In this document: positions 52,101 through 64,000 of the stretch, piece by piece
Layout: the number at the start of each line of letters is the position of its first letter
Numbering within the stretch: position 1 is the first letter of the stretch
Assembly (NCBI GenBank): GCA_964016885.1
Contig: OZ024743.1
Span: 193,316,001 to 193,380,000 of the forward strand
DNA: 64,000 nucleotides
Reading direction: 5' to 3'
Origin: Eledone cirrhosa
Lineage: Eukaryota
Position numbers and translations under genes: made by a program
The notes under the pieces: generated by a model
The model's database searches: none
What the model saw: only the letters and a program-made list of their open reading frames with translations
What the model was told of the DNA's origin: nothing

Positions 52101-53947
52101 AAAAACAGCCCCCCCCCCCCCAATAAAAAACGGACCCATCTAAATAAAAAACGGACTCACTCAAATAAAAAACGGATGCTCCACTCCCCAAATAAAAACA
52201 GATCCCCCAAATAAAAAACGCATCCACTAAAATAAAAATCGGATCTCCCCAAATAAAAAACGGACCCCAAATTAAAAACGGATCCACCCAATTAAAAAAC
52301 GGACCCCCAAATAAAAAACGGATCCCACCAAATAAAAAACGGAACCCAAATAAAAAAGAATCCTCCCAATTAAAAAACGCGTGCCCCCAAATTAAAAATG
52401 GATCACCCCCAAATAAAAAACAGATCCACCCAAATAAAAAACGGAGCCACCCAAATAAAAAAACGGGTGCCCCACAAATAAAAAAGGAACCACCAAATAA
52501 AAAACGGATCCACCCAAATAATAAACGGATCCACTCCAAATAAAAAAAGAACACCAAATAAAAAACGGATCCACCCAAATAAAAAAACGAATTCCCCCCA
52601 AATAAAAAACAGACCCCCCCCAAATAAAAAACGGACCCCCAAATAATAAAACGGAACCACCCAAATAAAAAACGGAGCCACCCAAATAAAAAACAGACCC
52701 ACCAAATAAAAAACGCATCCACCAAAGTAAAAATCCACCCAAATAAAAAACGGATCCCCCCAAATAAAAAACGGACCCCAAAATGATAAATGGATTTACC
52801 CAAATAAAAAACAGCCCCCCCCCCCCAATAAAAAACGGACCCATCTAAATAAAAAACGGACCCACTCAAATAAAAAACGGATGCTCCACTCCCCAAATAA
52901 AAACAGATCCCCCAAATAAAAAACGCATCCACCAAAATAAAAAACGCATCCACCAAAATAAAAATCGGATCTCCCCAAATAAAAAACGAACCCCCAAATA
53001 AAAAACGGATCCACCCAATTAAAAAACGGACCCCCAAATAAAAAACGGATCCCACCAAATAAAAAACGGAGCCCAAATAAAAAACGGATCCCCCAAATAA
53101 AAAAACGCATCCACCAAAATAAAAATCAGATCCGCCCAAATAATCCCGGATCCCCCCGAATAAAAAACGGATCCACCCAAATAAAAAAGAATCCTCCCAA
53201 TTAAAAAACGCGTGCCCCCAAATTAAAAACGGATCACCCCCAAATAAAAAACGGATCCACCCAAATAAAAAACGGAGCCACCCAAATAAAAAAACGTGTG
53301 CCCCACAAATAAAAAAGGAACCACCAAATAAAAAACGGATCCACCCAAATAAAAAACGGAGCCACCCAAATAAAAAAACGGGTGCCCCACAAATAAAAAA
53401 GGAACCACCAAATAAAAAAGGAACCACCAAATAAAAAACGGATCCACCCAAATAAAAAACGGATCCACTCCAAATAAAAAATGGACCACCAAATAAAAAA
53501 CGGATCCACCCAAATAAAAAAACGAATTCCCCCCAAATAAGAAACGGATGCCCCCCAAATAAAAAACGGACCCCCAAATAAAAAAACGGAACCACCCAAA
53601 TAAAAAACGGAGCCACCCAAATAAAAAACGCGTGCCCCACAAATAAAAAAGGAACCAGAAAATAAAAAACGGATCCACCCAAATAAAAAACGGATCCACT
53701 CAAATCCGTTTTTTATTTGGGTGGATCGGTTTTTTATTTGGGGGGATTGTTTTTTTTTATCTGGGTGGATCCGTTTTTTATTTGGGGTCCGTTTTTTAAT
53801 TGGGGGATCCGTTTTTTATTTAGGGCGGGATCCGTTTTTTATTTGGGGGGATCCGTTTTTTATTTGGTGGGGATTTGTTTTTTATTCGGGGTCTATTTTT
53901 TATCTGGGGGATCCGTTTTCTATTTGGGGTGGGGGATCCGTTTTTTA
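40125..53947. repeat. 21-bp satellite (consensus GGATCCGTTTTTTATTTGGGT), ~13.8 kb, alternating orientation
   Basis: Hundreds of variant monomers. G/T-rich strand on plus except in ~43970-45240, ~48950-50035 and ~51724-53704. Confidence 0.97.
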
Positions 53948-54268
53948 CCCACAATAATTATTTTACCTCCAACTTTACCCACAATAATTATTTTACCTAC
54001 TACTTTACGCACAATACTCATTTTACCCACCACTTTACCCGCAATAACTATTTTACCCACAATAATCATTTTATCTACCAATACCCACAATAATCATTTT
54101 ACCTACCATTTAGCCACACTAATCATTTTACCCGCCACATTACCCACAATAATTATTTTACCTACCACTTTACCCACCTATATTATTTTACCCTCAATAA
54201 TCATTTAACCTACAAATTAACCCACGATAATCATTTTACCCACCCTATCACCCACAATAATTATTTAT
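53942..54268 (+). repeat. Degenerate tandem repeat (ttttacccacaataattat / ttttacccaccac)
   Basis: Direct observation. Abuts the satellite end. Confidence 0.85.
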
Positions 54269-54289
54269 TGTGTCTAGCGATTCTTTACA

Positions 54290-54720
54290 TTCTAACCACA
54301 TTCTAACCACATGCTCATAATATTTGAGTTGTGATCTCTCAATTCGGAGAAGTAGCGGCTCTACCAAGAGTGACTCTCTGGTCTCTGAGTTATGCACTTT
54401 ATCGAGTAACGTTACTCCAAAGACCCTTCGGAGGAATCCCATTTCTGTCACTTTTATTTGAAAATGTATTTTTTTGGTCATTACTCAAGATTCATGATCC
54501 TCGGTAAGAGTTGGCAGGAATACGAGGAAGACAGCGAGTTTGGCTTCTACACCTACCCCACTTCATCTGATTGCTGAATGCTGAGGCTGGCGCATTACTG
54601 CATCAGCTTTTGCAATTCCTGCACTTAATTCAGCCTCCTGCATTCCATCACTCATGAACACGGCTCCAAGATACTTGAACTTTTCTAACTGCTTCAGTAG
54701 AATTCCATTCACATGTATAT
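54290..54720 (-). pseudogene. RTE-like LINE RT C-terminal relic, different lineage
   Basis: VNGILLKQLEKFKYLG and EMGFLRRVFGVTLLDKVHNSETRESLLVEPLLLRIERSQLKYYEHVVRM. Confidence 0.8.
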
Positions 54721-54924
54721 AAATTTGAGGGACTTCTGTCCACCCGTCCATCACGCAATGTGTATGCGTGTTTGTGTGAATGTATGTGTGTGTAAAAGGA
54801 AGGAAAGGGATACACACATATATATGTCTAACCTAAAAACAGTGACACACACACACGTGTCTCTAATTTAAAAACGCCGACAAACTCACGTGCGCACACA
54901 TACACACACTGGCCTATACCACAC

Positions 54925-55598
54925 AAGAGCTTTGGCCCGGGCAAACATCCCCTCAATTTTGGAACCGTCTGGGTTGTCCTGAATTGATGGGAAAAGACTT
55001 GATGGTCTTACTCTGTGCTCCTGGTCAAGAGGCAGGTGCCTTACCTGGGACGTCACAATTAGTGACTCTTTTGCTTCTTCCCACATTCTGGATGCAGCGG
55101 TAAGGGCTACAGCATCCGCAGTTGAACGGAACAAAATCCTAAAATACCGTGTTCTGTCAGCTAACTACATTATCCAGCCTGTGGCGTTCGAGACGTTTCG
55201 GGGAGTCGGCCTACTGACAGCGAGATTCTTATCTTCACTGGCGGCTCGCCAAACAGAGGTAACTGGTGATGCTCGTGAGGGCACTTGGTTGTTCCAGCAC
55301 CTTAGCCTCGCCATCACCCCAGTTAATGCTAAAAAATTATTGGAGAGTTTTCCCAGTGCTCCTCGCTATATTGCTATCTTTTGCTCTGGTAGCGGCTCGT
55401 TTTTACCACTCTTTCGCCTGCATATTGTTCTGTGGCCTAAGATGTGTGCATTACCTGCTTGTGTACTTTTTCTCTTTCTTTTTTTCCTTTCCCTTTCTTT
55501 TGTATATATTTGTTAGTGTTTTCGTTCTGTCACCATTATATTAAATGAGTTTTAAAAAGAGTTAATAAATAAATAAAGAGTTAATAAATAAATAAAAC
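54925..55598 (+). mobile_element. CRE-clade non-LTR retrotransposon 3' fragment (restriction-like endonuclease)
   Basis: Hand translation [43 protein letters not shown]...K..KY...PVAFET...TGDARE...LFQHLSLAI. (AATA)n tail. Confidence 0.8.
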
Positions 55599-56227
55599 GT
55601 TATATTTGTTTTACCCTCCTATTTCCGAATTCACCGAACGCTGCTATCATGACTATGTGTGTGTTTGTGTAAATGTATGTGTGAATGTATGTATGTTTGT
55701 GTGAAAGTATGTGTGAATGTATGTGTATTTGTGTGAATTATGTCCGTGAGGGTGTATTTTTATAAGTTTGTGTTTGCGCGATTATAGTTATATACTCATA
55801 CATATAGATGTATGTATGTGCCCACTCATACGCGTCAGTGTGTGGAAAATCATAATCTCTCTATCTCTCTCATCACACACTCTCTCAATCTATATATATA
55901 TATATGGTAGTTGAAGTGGTGGTGGTGGCGACGATATACCGGAAGTGCAACTTTGAAAAGAAGTCAATTTTAAATTATTTATTTTTACGAAATTATTTAT
56001 GTTTACGAAATTTAGTATATAAATTATGTAATATTCATTCATTATTTATTCAAAGTAATCCAACTTATTTTACTAACTGGATTAAAATAAATAAACCGTA
56101 TGCAGTCCCGCAGACCTTCCTTTATTATAGTTTAGATTCAATTCATTTACTAACAAACACATGGTGTTATGAGGCTGTTTGCTTGCAAACGAATCGAATG
56201 TTAATAATGCTATAATATTTTTATTAT

Positions 56228-56230
<3 letters not shown>

Positions 56231-56301
<71 letters not shown>
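56231..56301. repeat. (TA)n microsatellite
   Basis: Direct observation. Confidence 0.97.
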
Positions 56302-56305
<4 letters not shown>

Positions 56306-56782
56306 AGTTTTATCATACCAATAAACCACTAGTTATTTACCAGCCTCATTTGTATTTTACAAGCATTTCAAATCATGAAGTAACCTACATGCAAATGCTT
56401 GCAAATTATAAGTTAGTCTGAGGAGAAGGTATAGTGCTTGCGACATTTGCAGGCCCTCCTAAACAGATCAGATTGATGTGGTTGAATCTAAGCCTGAACA
56501 TTTTACCGAAGAAAACATTAAATAAAACAACAGCATTTGAAATCAAGAAAAGGGCTTTTTAATTTCCCAAATCTTTTTAAAACCAAAATCAAACTCAAAT
56601 ATATCAACCTTATTTTTTGCTGAATCATATTTAAGTTTTCTTTGGTTGACTGGCTTCCAAATATAAAGGAATAAAGGAATGTATAGATATAATTATTAGC
56701 TCAAGAGGAAAAGTTAATACACATTAATTGCATCAAATATATCATTATTTGTAATATATATATATACATACAATACACACAC

Positions 56783-56834
<52 letters not shown>

Positions 56835-56864
56835 CAATGATGATGATGATATATATATATATAT

Positions 56865-57472
56865 ATCATCATCATCAACATCATCATCACTGTTTTTACA
56901 TCCATTCTTCAATGCTAGCATGGGTTAGACGAGTTGTCCTGTTATGGCCAATGTTAGGTGAGGTGACCATGCTTTGCTTAGACAGAACTGATTTTAGCTT
57001 GGTTTCTACAGCTGGATGCCCTTCCTAACGCCAGCCTCATTTACATTGAGTACTGGGTGCTTTTTGTCGTGATACCTCCACGACTACTTTACAATGTGGA
57101 CTGGCTGCTTTTTGTCGTGACACCTACATGATCACTTTACTGTGTGGGTTGGGTGCTTTTCGTCGTCATACTTACACGTGGGAGGGTGGGGCAGGTCTTA
57201 CTTTAAATATGCTTCAGCTTCGGCCGGTGCCCATGGGAAGTCAGGTCTTCTGTATTACAGCATAATGCCAGAGATCTCGGTCCTGTGTCATCACCTTTGA
57301 GAGGTGCAATTGGGCAAGGTCAGCTTTTATCACCTCATCCTAAGTTTTCCCACTCCAAGGCTTCCATCTACTTTGAGCGCTCTGCAACTTTTTAGGCAGC
57401 TGTCATCCTTCATACGCACCACATGTCCATACCAACGTAATCTCCTCTCTTGCACACAGCATTTGATTCCTT
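56865..57472 (-). mobile_element. RTE LINE 3' fragment
   Basis: (CAT)n tail and three UTR modules. The minus frame includes RLRWYGHVVRM-like sequence. Confidence 0.88.
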
Positions 57473-58314
57473 TTACATATATACAGTATATACATATATA
57501 GAGCATTTACACACAAACCCACACATATATATATATATATATATTAGTTTGTAGATTTGGCATGTTAGTGTTGTAGATTTTACCCAAGGCTATTTTCACT
57601 GTAAAATTTTGGTGGCCATGAGAATTCTGGCATAAAAATAGTTTTAAAATAAAAGTTAATTGTGAATGTATGTGTAATTTCCATTAAATATAAGATGGAG
57701 ATATAATTTACTCAACAGGTCACAGTAAAGAATATAGTAAATTCAGTTTGAAAAAGTTAGAAAAAATAATTATAACTTATGATTAAGCTTTACTTCCGAG
57801 TATAAAAAGACGAGGCTGTACTGACATATGATGTGCATAAATGTAGATCACAGGCTATTGTGGACATATAGTGTGCACAAATGCTAATCACATATCGATA
57901 AGGAGTTTAAAAAGAAGAAAGAACATGTTAAATAACAGATTAATAACATACATTATCAGTGAAAAAGAAAAAAAAAATGTTTAAAATATTAGTTTTCAGA
58001 GATAAATCGCCATCCAAGCTGTTATAATTTCTATATTCTCTTTTCACAATTCGTCTCCTTCTTAACCGCCAGTGTTACTATGTCCCACTCATTAACGTTA
58101 TTCTTAATAATAATTCAAAGTTTTTTTTTTCGTTTTTATTTTTTCATTTTTTTAGGCGAACTCAATTTAATCAACAACTATCACATGGCATGGCAAGCCA
58201 ACGAGTTGAGCTTCTATGTGGTCACTTAACTAGCCAAATCTACCTTAAATCAGCCTCCATTACTTTTAAATAATGGCAGAACACATTGAATAACGTTGTC
58301 CTAGACACATTATA

Positions 58315-58352
<38 letters not shown>

Positions 58353-58881
58353 CAAAGGAATTGTGGTAAGGAACCAGATGGACCATAACGCACCAGAGTA
58401 CTCAATACTTAGGGTAGTAGAGTGGGAAATAGGAAAAAGTATGACCCCGACGGCAGAGCTCAAGCCGGCTATTTCTGGACTAAATTAGAATTTTTAGCCT
58501 GGTGAATAAATAGCCGAACTTGTCAAGGGGGTACTTCCTTATATGGGAAGATTGTAGTTGTCAAGAAGATTGGTTAAAATTTATTTAAAAAAAATCACAA
58601 TGCTATCTTACAGTTACAGGTTAATAAGTTGAGAATAGAAAAAAAACTTGTAGAAAATGAGTAGTATCAGAACTGATACAAAATTAAAGGGGTTTAACAC
58701 GTCTGTTATAAGTAGTTAGTAAAACGTATTCGGCCAATTCTATCTTAAAATTACAGGGGTGGGGGAACTGATGCTATATAGGCTGCATCGGGGTAGGCGA
58801 AAGGGAAAAAGCGGACGAGGAAGAAAATAAGGGGTGGAAGGAAGTGATAGGATGAGACAGGGGGAAGAAAAAGACAAAGAG

Positions 58882-58957
58882 GAAAAGAAAAGAAAAGAAA
58901 AGAAAAGAAAAGAAAAGAAAAGAAAAGAAAAGAAAAGAAAAGAAAAGAAAAGAAAAG
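58882..58957 (+). repeat. (GAAAA)n microsatellite
   Basis: About 15 perfect units. Confidence 0.97.
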
Positions 58958-58990
58958 AGATACATCTACCTAAGTAAGCTGGGGTTTCCT

Positions 58991-59410
58991 CTAACTTATT
59001 CGGCAAGTGGGGGTATCAGCCCTTGTCTCCCCACCCTGGTCGTTATGGGGTTTGAGGGTGAGGTAAGTCCTGCGCAATCTGTGTTTGCATGCGGTTACCA
59101 GTTCGTCTTTCTTGTTTAGGAGTTGGTCCTTCGAAAACAGCATTTGTAATGTTTCCTCCGAGCATAAGTTACACGGACGGCGTCCTCCCGTGTAAGAGTT
59201 AGCTCTGGACAGTAAGCTCCAAATGAGATTGTAGGTTATATTATTATCTTGGAGGTCCCAGATGTGGCCCGAAAGTGTAGTGGCATGTCGCCGGACCAGG
59301 TTTCGGAAAGTATGTCGGTGTTGGTAGAGCCGGGTCTTGAAGTCACACGCGGTTAATCCTATATAAGCTTTGTTGGAGGTGTCCGTCCTCACGTTGCACT
59401 GGTAGATCAC
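58991..59410 (-). pseudogene. GIY-YIG endonuclease domain of a Penelope-like retroelement (truncated)
   Basis: VIYQC...AYIGLT..FKTRLYQH..TF....TTLSGHIW...CNLCSEE...LLNKKDEL...CKHR. Confidence 0.85.
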
Positions 59411-59629
59411 GTTACGTTCTCTAAAGATTATAAATTTCAGGAGTTTTTATCGAATGTATAGATGCATGAATAAGCTGGTTGTTGGTTAGATACGCTAATA
59501 TTATGCATACCATGCTTAGGGTATAAAGTTGGTTTTATATCAGCTATTTTAGTGTTGAGGTTACCAACCGTATATTTTAGTATCGGTGCATTATATTTGT
59601 GAGGTTCCTAGCAATAATTAATTGTATTT

Positions 59630-60022
59630 ATTTGGCAGTATCGGTAGAGGGTTGGAAGCCATGCTTTCTAGCATAGTTACGTCCCTTTACGGTGTGAGTT
59701 CAAATCCCGCCGAGGTTAACTTTGCCTTTCAACCTTACGGGGTCGATAAAATAAAGTACCAGTAATGTACTGGGATAATTGCTGGCCTTGTGCCAAAAGT
59801 AGAAACAAATATATGCGTTTATATTTTCATTCTGTAAAAAAATTATAAATAATTTATAATTGTTTCTACTTTTGGCACAAGGCCAGCAATTACCCAGTGC
59901 ATTACTGGTACTTTATTTTATCGACCCCGTAAGGATGAAAGGCAAAGTTAACCTCGGCGGGATTTGAACTCAGAATAGCAAGGGCCGTAACTCTATGCGT
60001 CAAAGCATGGCGTCCGACTCTA
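59630..60022. mobile_element. Tail-to-tail inverted SINE pair
   Basis: Plus copy 59630-59810 (A box tggcagtatcgg, B box gagttcaaatcc) and minus copy 59857-60022. Confidence 0.9.
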
Positions 60023-60299
60023 TACAACTGTGAATAATAAAAAAATTTCAATTTTTCTTATTATCATTTAAATAATTATATATAACAAATTTTATTCACA
60101 GTTGTATAAATAACATTACAAATCGTTTGCAATTCTTTCAGAATGAAAATATAGACAGAGCATATAAATAAATTTACAGTAGAATAACATAACAAATATG
60201 TTTTAAATATATACATAAATAACATTACAAATGCTTAAATAACATTATAAATTGCTCGCGATTCTTTCAGAAAGATATATTCTTTTAATGTTACAATAT

Positions 60300-60532
60300 T
60301 AAAGAAAATGTAAAGGAAGGGTGAACAACCGAGCCAACACCAGAGCAAAAGACAGCAGCGAGGGGTACTGGGAAACCTCTCTAATGATTTTTGAGGCAAG
60401 CCAGCACACTCGCAGCGTTGCCTTGGGTGCTGGAACAACCAAGCGCCCTCGCGAGATTCGCCAGTTACTTCTATTAGGCGAGCCGCCAGTGAAGAGAGGA
60501 ACCTCGCAGTCAGCGACCCCACTCCCCCAAAC
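60300..60532 (-). mobile_element. CRE-clade 3' fragment
   Basis: VGSLTARFLSSLAARLIEVTGESREGAWLFQH, homologous to 55200-55310. Confidence 0.8.
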
Positions 60533-60967
60533 GTCTTGTGATTTTTACTTCCTAGTGTCCATTTTACTTGTAATTTGGTTCTTGTGCTTAAATTTAAGTT
60601 CCTTATTCTTAGTCACAGGCTACGGACTCTGACACGAAGAGAAAGAAAACAAATATAATACATTAATTTTTCACTCCGTTCTTGTAACCGTTTCGTTGGC
60701 CTGATTGTAAGTTATAGAGAAGGTTGAGGTCATAGTCGTGAGTTCAATTTAGGTCAGGACGTAGTCTATGCTATTTTTATGGAACAAAAGAATACAGTAA
60801 ATTTTATGAACATGTTTCTTTTTCAAATCTAAACTTTCTTCTCCAGAATCAGAAAAAACGAAAAAAGGGGAGCCAACTCAAATATTAATTTAAATTTTCC
60901 TCGAAAAACAAACAAACAAAACAACAAAAAACAACAACAACAACAACAAAACAACCTCCTTCCTATT

Positions 60968-61246
60968 TACTCTCGGGTCTCAAACCCCATCCTTATTTAT
61001 TTTTCAGATTTTCTCCAACGCCCCGCTTTTATTCCAACCCCACTTTTATACATTAAAAAGCATTATGCATGACAAAAGAATGTACATTACTAGAAATCCA
61101 ATACGTCATAAAATAAATAGGATAGGTTGGGGTCTCAATATGTAAACTAAACGACTAATTTTTTTTTTTTTAAACCAACAGAGACTGCCTAAATAAATTA
61201 CCTATTTTCAATACCTCAACCCCCTATTATTTGGGTCGCGAGAGTA
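60968..61246. mobile_element. Putative non-autonomous TIR element
   Basis: Imperfect terminal inverted repeats tactctcgggtctcaaa / tttgggtcgcgagagta. Confidence 0.35.
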
Positions 61247-61376
61247 TGTGTATTTATTTGTTTTAACGGTTTCCTATAAAAGGGAGCTAACTCAAATATA
61301 AATATTAAAATATTAGTCATCAAGGGAAATAACTCAAGAGTGACAAATATATACTTAAATTTACTCTTAGTTAATT

Positions 61377-61760
61377 ATAATTGTTTAAACTTTTGGCACA
61401 AGGCCAGCAATTATGCCAGTCCAATACTGGTGCATTATTTTATCGACCCCGTAAGGATGAAAGGCAATGTTAACCTCGGTGGTATTTGAACTCAAATCGT
61501 AAAAGGGCGTAACTCTATGCTGCAAAGCATGGCGTCCGACCCTCTACTGATTCTGCCAATCTACTCTTAGTTAATAATAATTGTTTCTACTCTTGGCACA
61601 AGGCCAGCAATTATTCCAGTGTATTACTGGTACTTTATTTTATCGACCCCGTAAGGATGAAAGGCAAAGTTAACCTCGGCGGGATTTGAACTCAGACCAT
61701 AAAGGGCCGTAACTCCTTGCTGCAAAGCATGGCGTCCGACCCTCTACCCATACTGGCCAT
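61377..61760 (-). mobile_element. Tandem SINE dimer
   Basis: Two ~200-bp units, each preceded by tactcttagttaat(t/a)ataattgttt. Confidence 0.9.
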
Positions 61761-61889
61761 TCATCATACATATGTTAGGTCATCATATTTGGCCGCTTAG
61801 GTTTAACCTGAGAAACAAGTAAACAAAAACAACTATCTACATTGTCATTCCATTGGAACGCAGTTCGGGGGCTGAGGAGGAGACTTACA

Positions 61890-61972
61890 CGAAAAGGAAG
61901 CAGTTGGTCAACTTCCGGTATTTAGCTATCTTCCTCTCCTCGGTGTTACAGGCAGCGGTGACTGGGTTTCAT
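61890..61972 (-). pseudogene. CRE-like endonuclease relic
   Basis: Hand translation VTAACNTEERKIAKYRKLTNCFLFV fits the AA..AE..K..KY..L motif. Confidence 0.5.
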
Positions 61973-62026
61973 TCCTGTTATTTCAGTAAAGGATCAAAGA
62001 TGTCACCAGAAATAATTTTTTTAATG

Positions 62027-62758
62027 TATCACTATCACCACCATCTTCACTGCCATCGCTACCACCACCACCACCATCATCACCATTACCATCACTGCCA
62101 TCACCACCACCTTCACTACAGTCACTAACACCACCACCACCACCACCATCACCACCACCACCACCATCACCACCATAACTACCATTACCGCCACTACCAC
62201 CCCTACTATCACTGCTACAACTACCATCACCATCACTTGCACCACCACTACCACTAGTACAATGATTGCCATCACCACCATCACCATAACAACTACCATC
62301 AAATCACTACCACCACCAAAATCACTATCACAGCAACCACCAGTATCACTGCCACCACCACCATCACCATCACCAATAATATTACCACCACTACCACTAC
62401 CACCATCACTGCCATCATCAGCAATAATATTACCACCACTACCACTACCACTACCACTACCACCATCACCACCACCATCACCATCACCAATAATATTACC
62501 ACCACTACCACCACCACTACCACTACCACTACCACTACCACCATCACCACCACCATCACCATCACCAATAATATTACCACCACTACCACCACCACTACCA
62601 CTACCACTACCACTACCATCATCACCACCACCATTACCACCACTAAGACCACTGCTATCACAACTGCCATCATCACTACTACCGTCACAACTACTTTATC
62701 ACCACCACCACCATGATCACTGCTATCAACACTATCGCTATTACCACCCCAATTACCA
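62027..62758 (+). repeat. (CAC/CAT/TAC)n low-complexity trinucleotide array with 60-70 bp internal duplications
   Basis: Direct observation. Confidence 0.95.
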
Positions 62759-62764
62759 TATATA

Positions 62765-64000
62765 GGTGTCCCGTTTTTTTATGGGGGGTCCGTTTTTATT
62801 TGGGTGCCCCGTTTTTTTTTATGGGGGTGTCCGTTTTTCATTTGGGTGCCCCGTTTTTTTATGGGGGGATCCGTTTTTTATTTGGGTGCCCCGTCTTTTT
62901 ATGGGGGTCCGTTTTTTATATGGGTGCCCCGTTTTTTATTTGGGTGCCCCGTTTTTTATTTGGGTGCCCCGTTTTTTTATGGGGTGCCCGTTTTTATTTG
63001 GGTGCCGCGTTTTTTTTATTTTGGTGCACCGTTTTTTATTTGGGTGCTCCGTTTTTTTATTTTGGTGCACCGTTTTTTTATTTGGGTGGTCCGTTTTTTT
63101 ATGGGGGGGGGGTCCGTTTTTTATTTGGGTACCCCGTTTTTTTATGGGGGGTCCATTCTTTATTTGGGTCCCCATTTTTTTATTTGGGTGCCCCGTTTTT
63201 TATGGGTGGTCCGTTATTTATTAGGGTGCCCCGTTTTTTATGGGGGGGGGGGGGGCGTTTTTTATTTGGGTGCCCCGTTTTTTTATGGGGGGTGGTCCGT
63301 TTTTTTAATTGGGTGCCCCGTTTTTTTATGGGCGGGTGCGTTTTTATTTGGGTGCCCAGTTTTTTTATGGAGGGGTCCGTTTTTTATTTAGGTGGCCCGT
63401 TTTTTATGGGGGGGTCCGTTTTTTATTTGGGTGCCCCGTCTTTTTATGGGGGTGGGGTGGGGGGTGGGGGGTTCGTTCTTTATTTGGGTGTCAATTCTTT
63501 TTATGGGGGGGCGGGCCGTTTTCTATTTGGGTGCCCCGTTTTTTAATGGGAGGGTCCGTATTTTATTTGGGTGCCCCGTTTTTTTAGGGGGGGGGGTCCG
63601 TTTTTTATTAGGGTGCCCCGTTTTTTTATGGGGTGAAGTCCATTTTTTATTTGGGTGCCCCGTTTTTTATTTGGGAGCCTCGGTTTTTTTATGGGGGGAT
63701 CCGTTTTTTATTTGGGTGCCCCGTCTTTTTATGGGGGTCCGTTTTTTATATGGGTGCCCCGTTTTTTATTTGGGTGCCCCGTTTTTTATTTGGGTGCCCC
63801 GTTTTTTTATTTGGGTGGCCCGTTTTTTATTTGGGTGCCCGTTTTTTTATGGGGTGAAGTCCATTTTTTATTTGGGTGCCCCGTTTTTTATTTGGGAGCC
63901 TCGGTTTTTTTATGGGGGGATCCGTTTTTTATTTGGGTGCCCCGTCTTTTTATGGGGGTCCGTTTTTTATATGGGTGCCCCGTTTTTTATTTGGGTGCCC
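62765..64000 (+). repeat. 20-bp satellite (GGGTGCCCCGTTTTTTATTT), related to the 21-bp satellite, running off the window
   Basis: Shares the CCGTTTTTTATTTGGGT core and is interleaved with atgggggg(a)tcc monomers. Confidence 0.95.

Larger units (their letters stand above)
58351..59420 (-). mobile_element. Penelope-like element 3' fragment
   Basis: GIY-YIG ORF followed by non-coding sequence ending at (TA)n. The left boundary is inferred. Confidence 0.65.

Noticed and set aside
40125-53947. CRISPR-like array
   Set aside because: No unique spacers, no cas genes, eukaryotic context. Monomers are directly adjacent.
40304-54208. Dozens of long G/F/W/L-rich or K/N/P-rich ORFs (up to 537 aa)
   Set aside because: The satellite monomer lacks stop codons in most frames. 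Overlapping ORFs occur in all frames on both strands.
53942-54268. Telomere-like repeat
   Set aside because: TTTACCC/GGGTAAA does not match TTAGGG or TTTAGGG arrays, and it is interrupted by AT-rich spacers.
59630-59712. tRNA gene
   Set aside because: A and B boxes are present, but the sequence continues into the SINE core and is multi-copy. No clean cloverleaf.
62021-63857. Poly-Pro, poly-His, poly-Val and satellite ORFs (extensin-like)
   Set aside because: Translations of trinucleotide and satellite repeats, with no splice or domain support.

Overview
AT-rich eukaryotic genomic DNA, most likely a coleoid cephalopod such as Octopus. That is an inference from the tRNA-derived SINE family and the repeat landscape. 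I cannot support a host protein-coding gene. Almost all recognisable content is mobile or repetitive. (1) An RTE-clade LINE family with (GAT)n tails: two ~99% identical young 5'-truncated copies with intact RT ORFs in opposite orientation, one frameshifted near-full-length copy, one old full-length copy and many 3' fragments. Its RT carries a C4HC3 PHD finger inserted late in the RT domain. (2) Relics of L1/Tx1, CR1/Jockey-group, CRE and Penelope-like (GIY-YIG) retroelements, with hammerhead-ribozyme-like motifs. (3) Two non-autonomous Helitrons, plus Tigger-like, mariner and piggyBac-type DNA elements. (4) Many SINE copies, some tandem or inverted. (5) A ~13.8 kb 21-bp satellite with six strand switches at recurring junctions, and a related 20-bp satellite at the right edge. 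The many ORFs called in the satellites are compositional artefacts.
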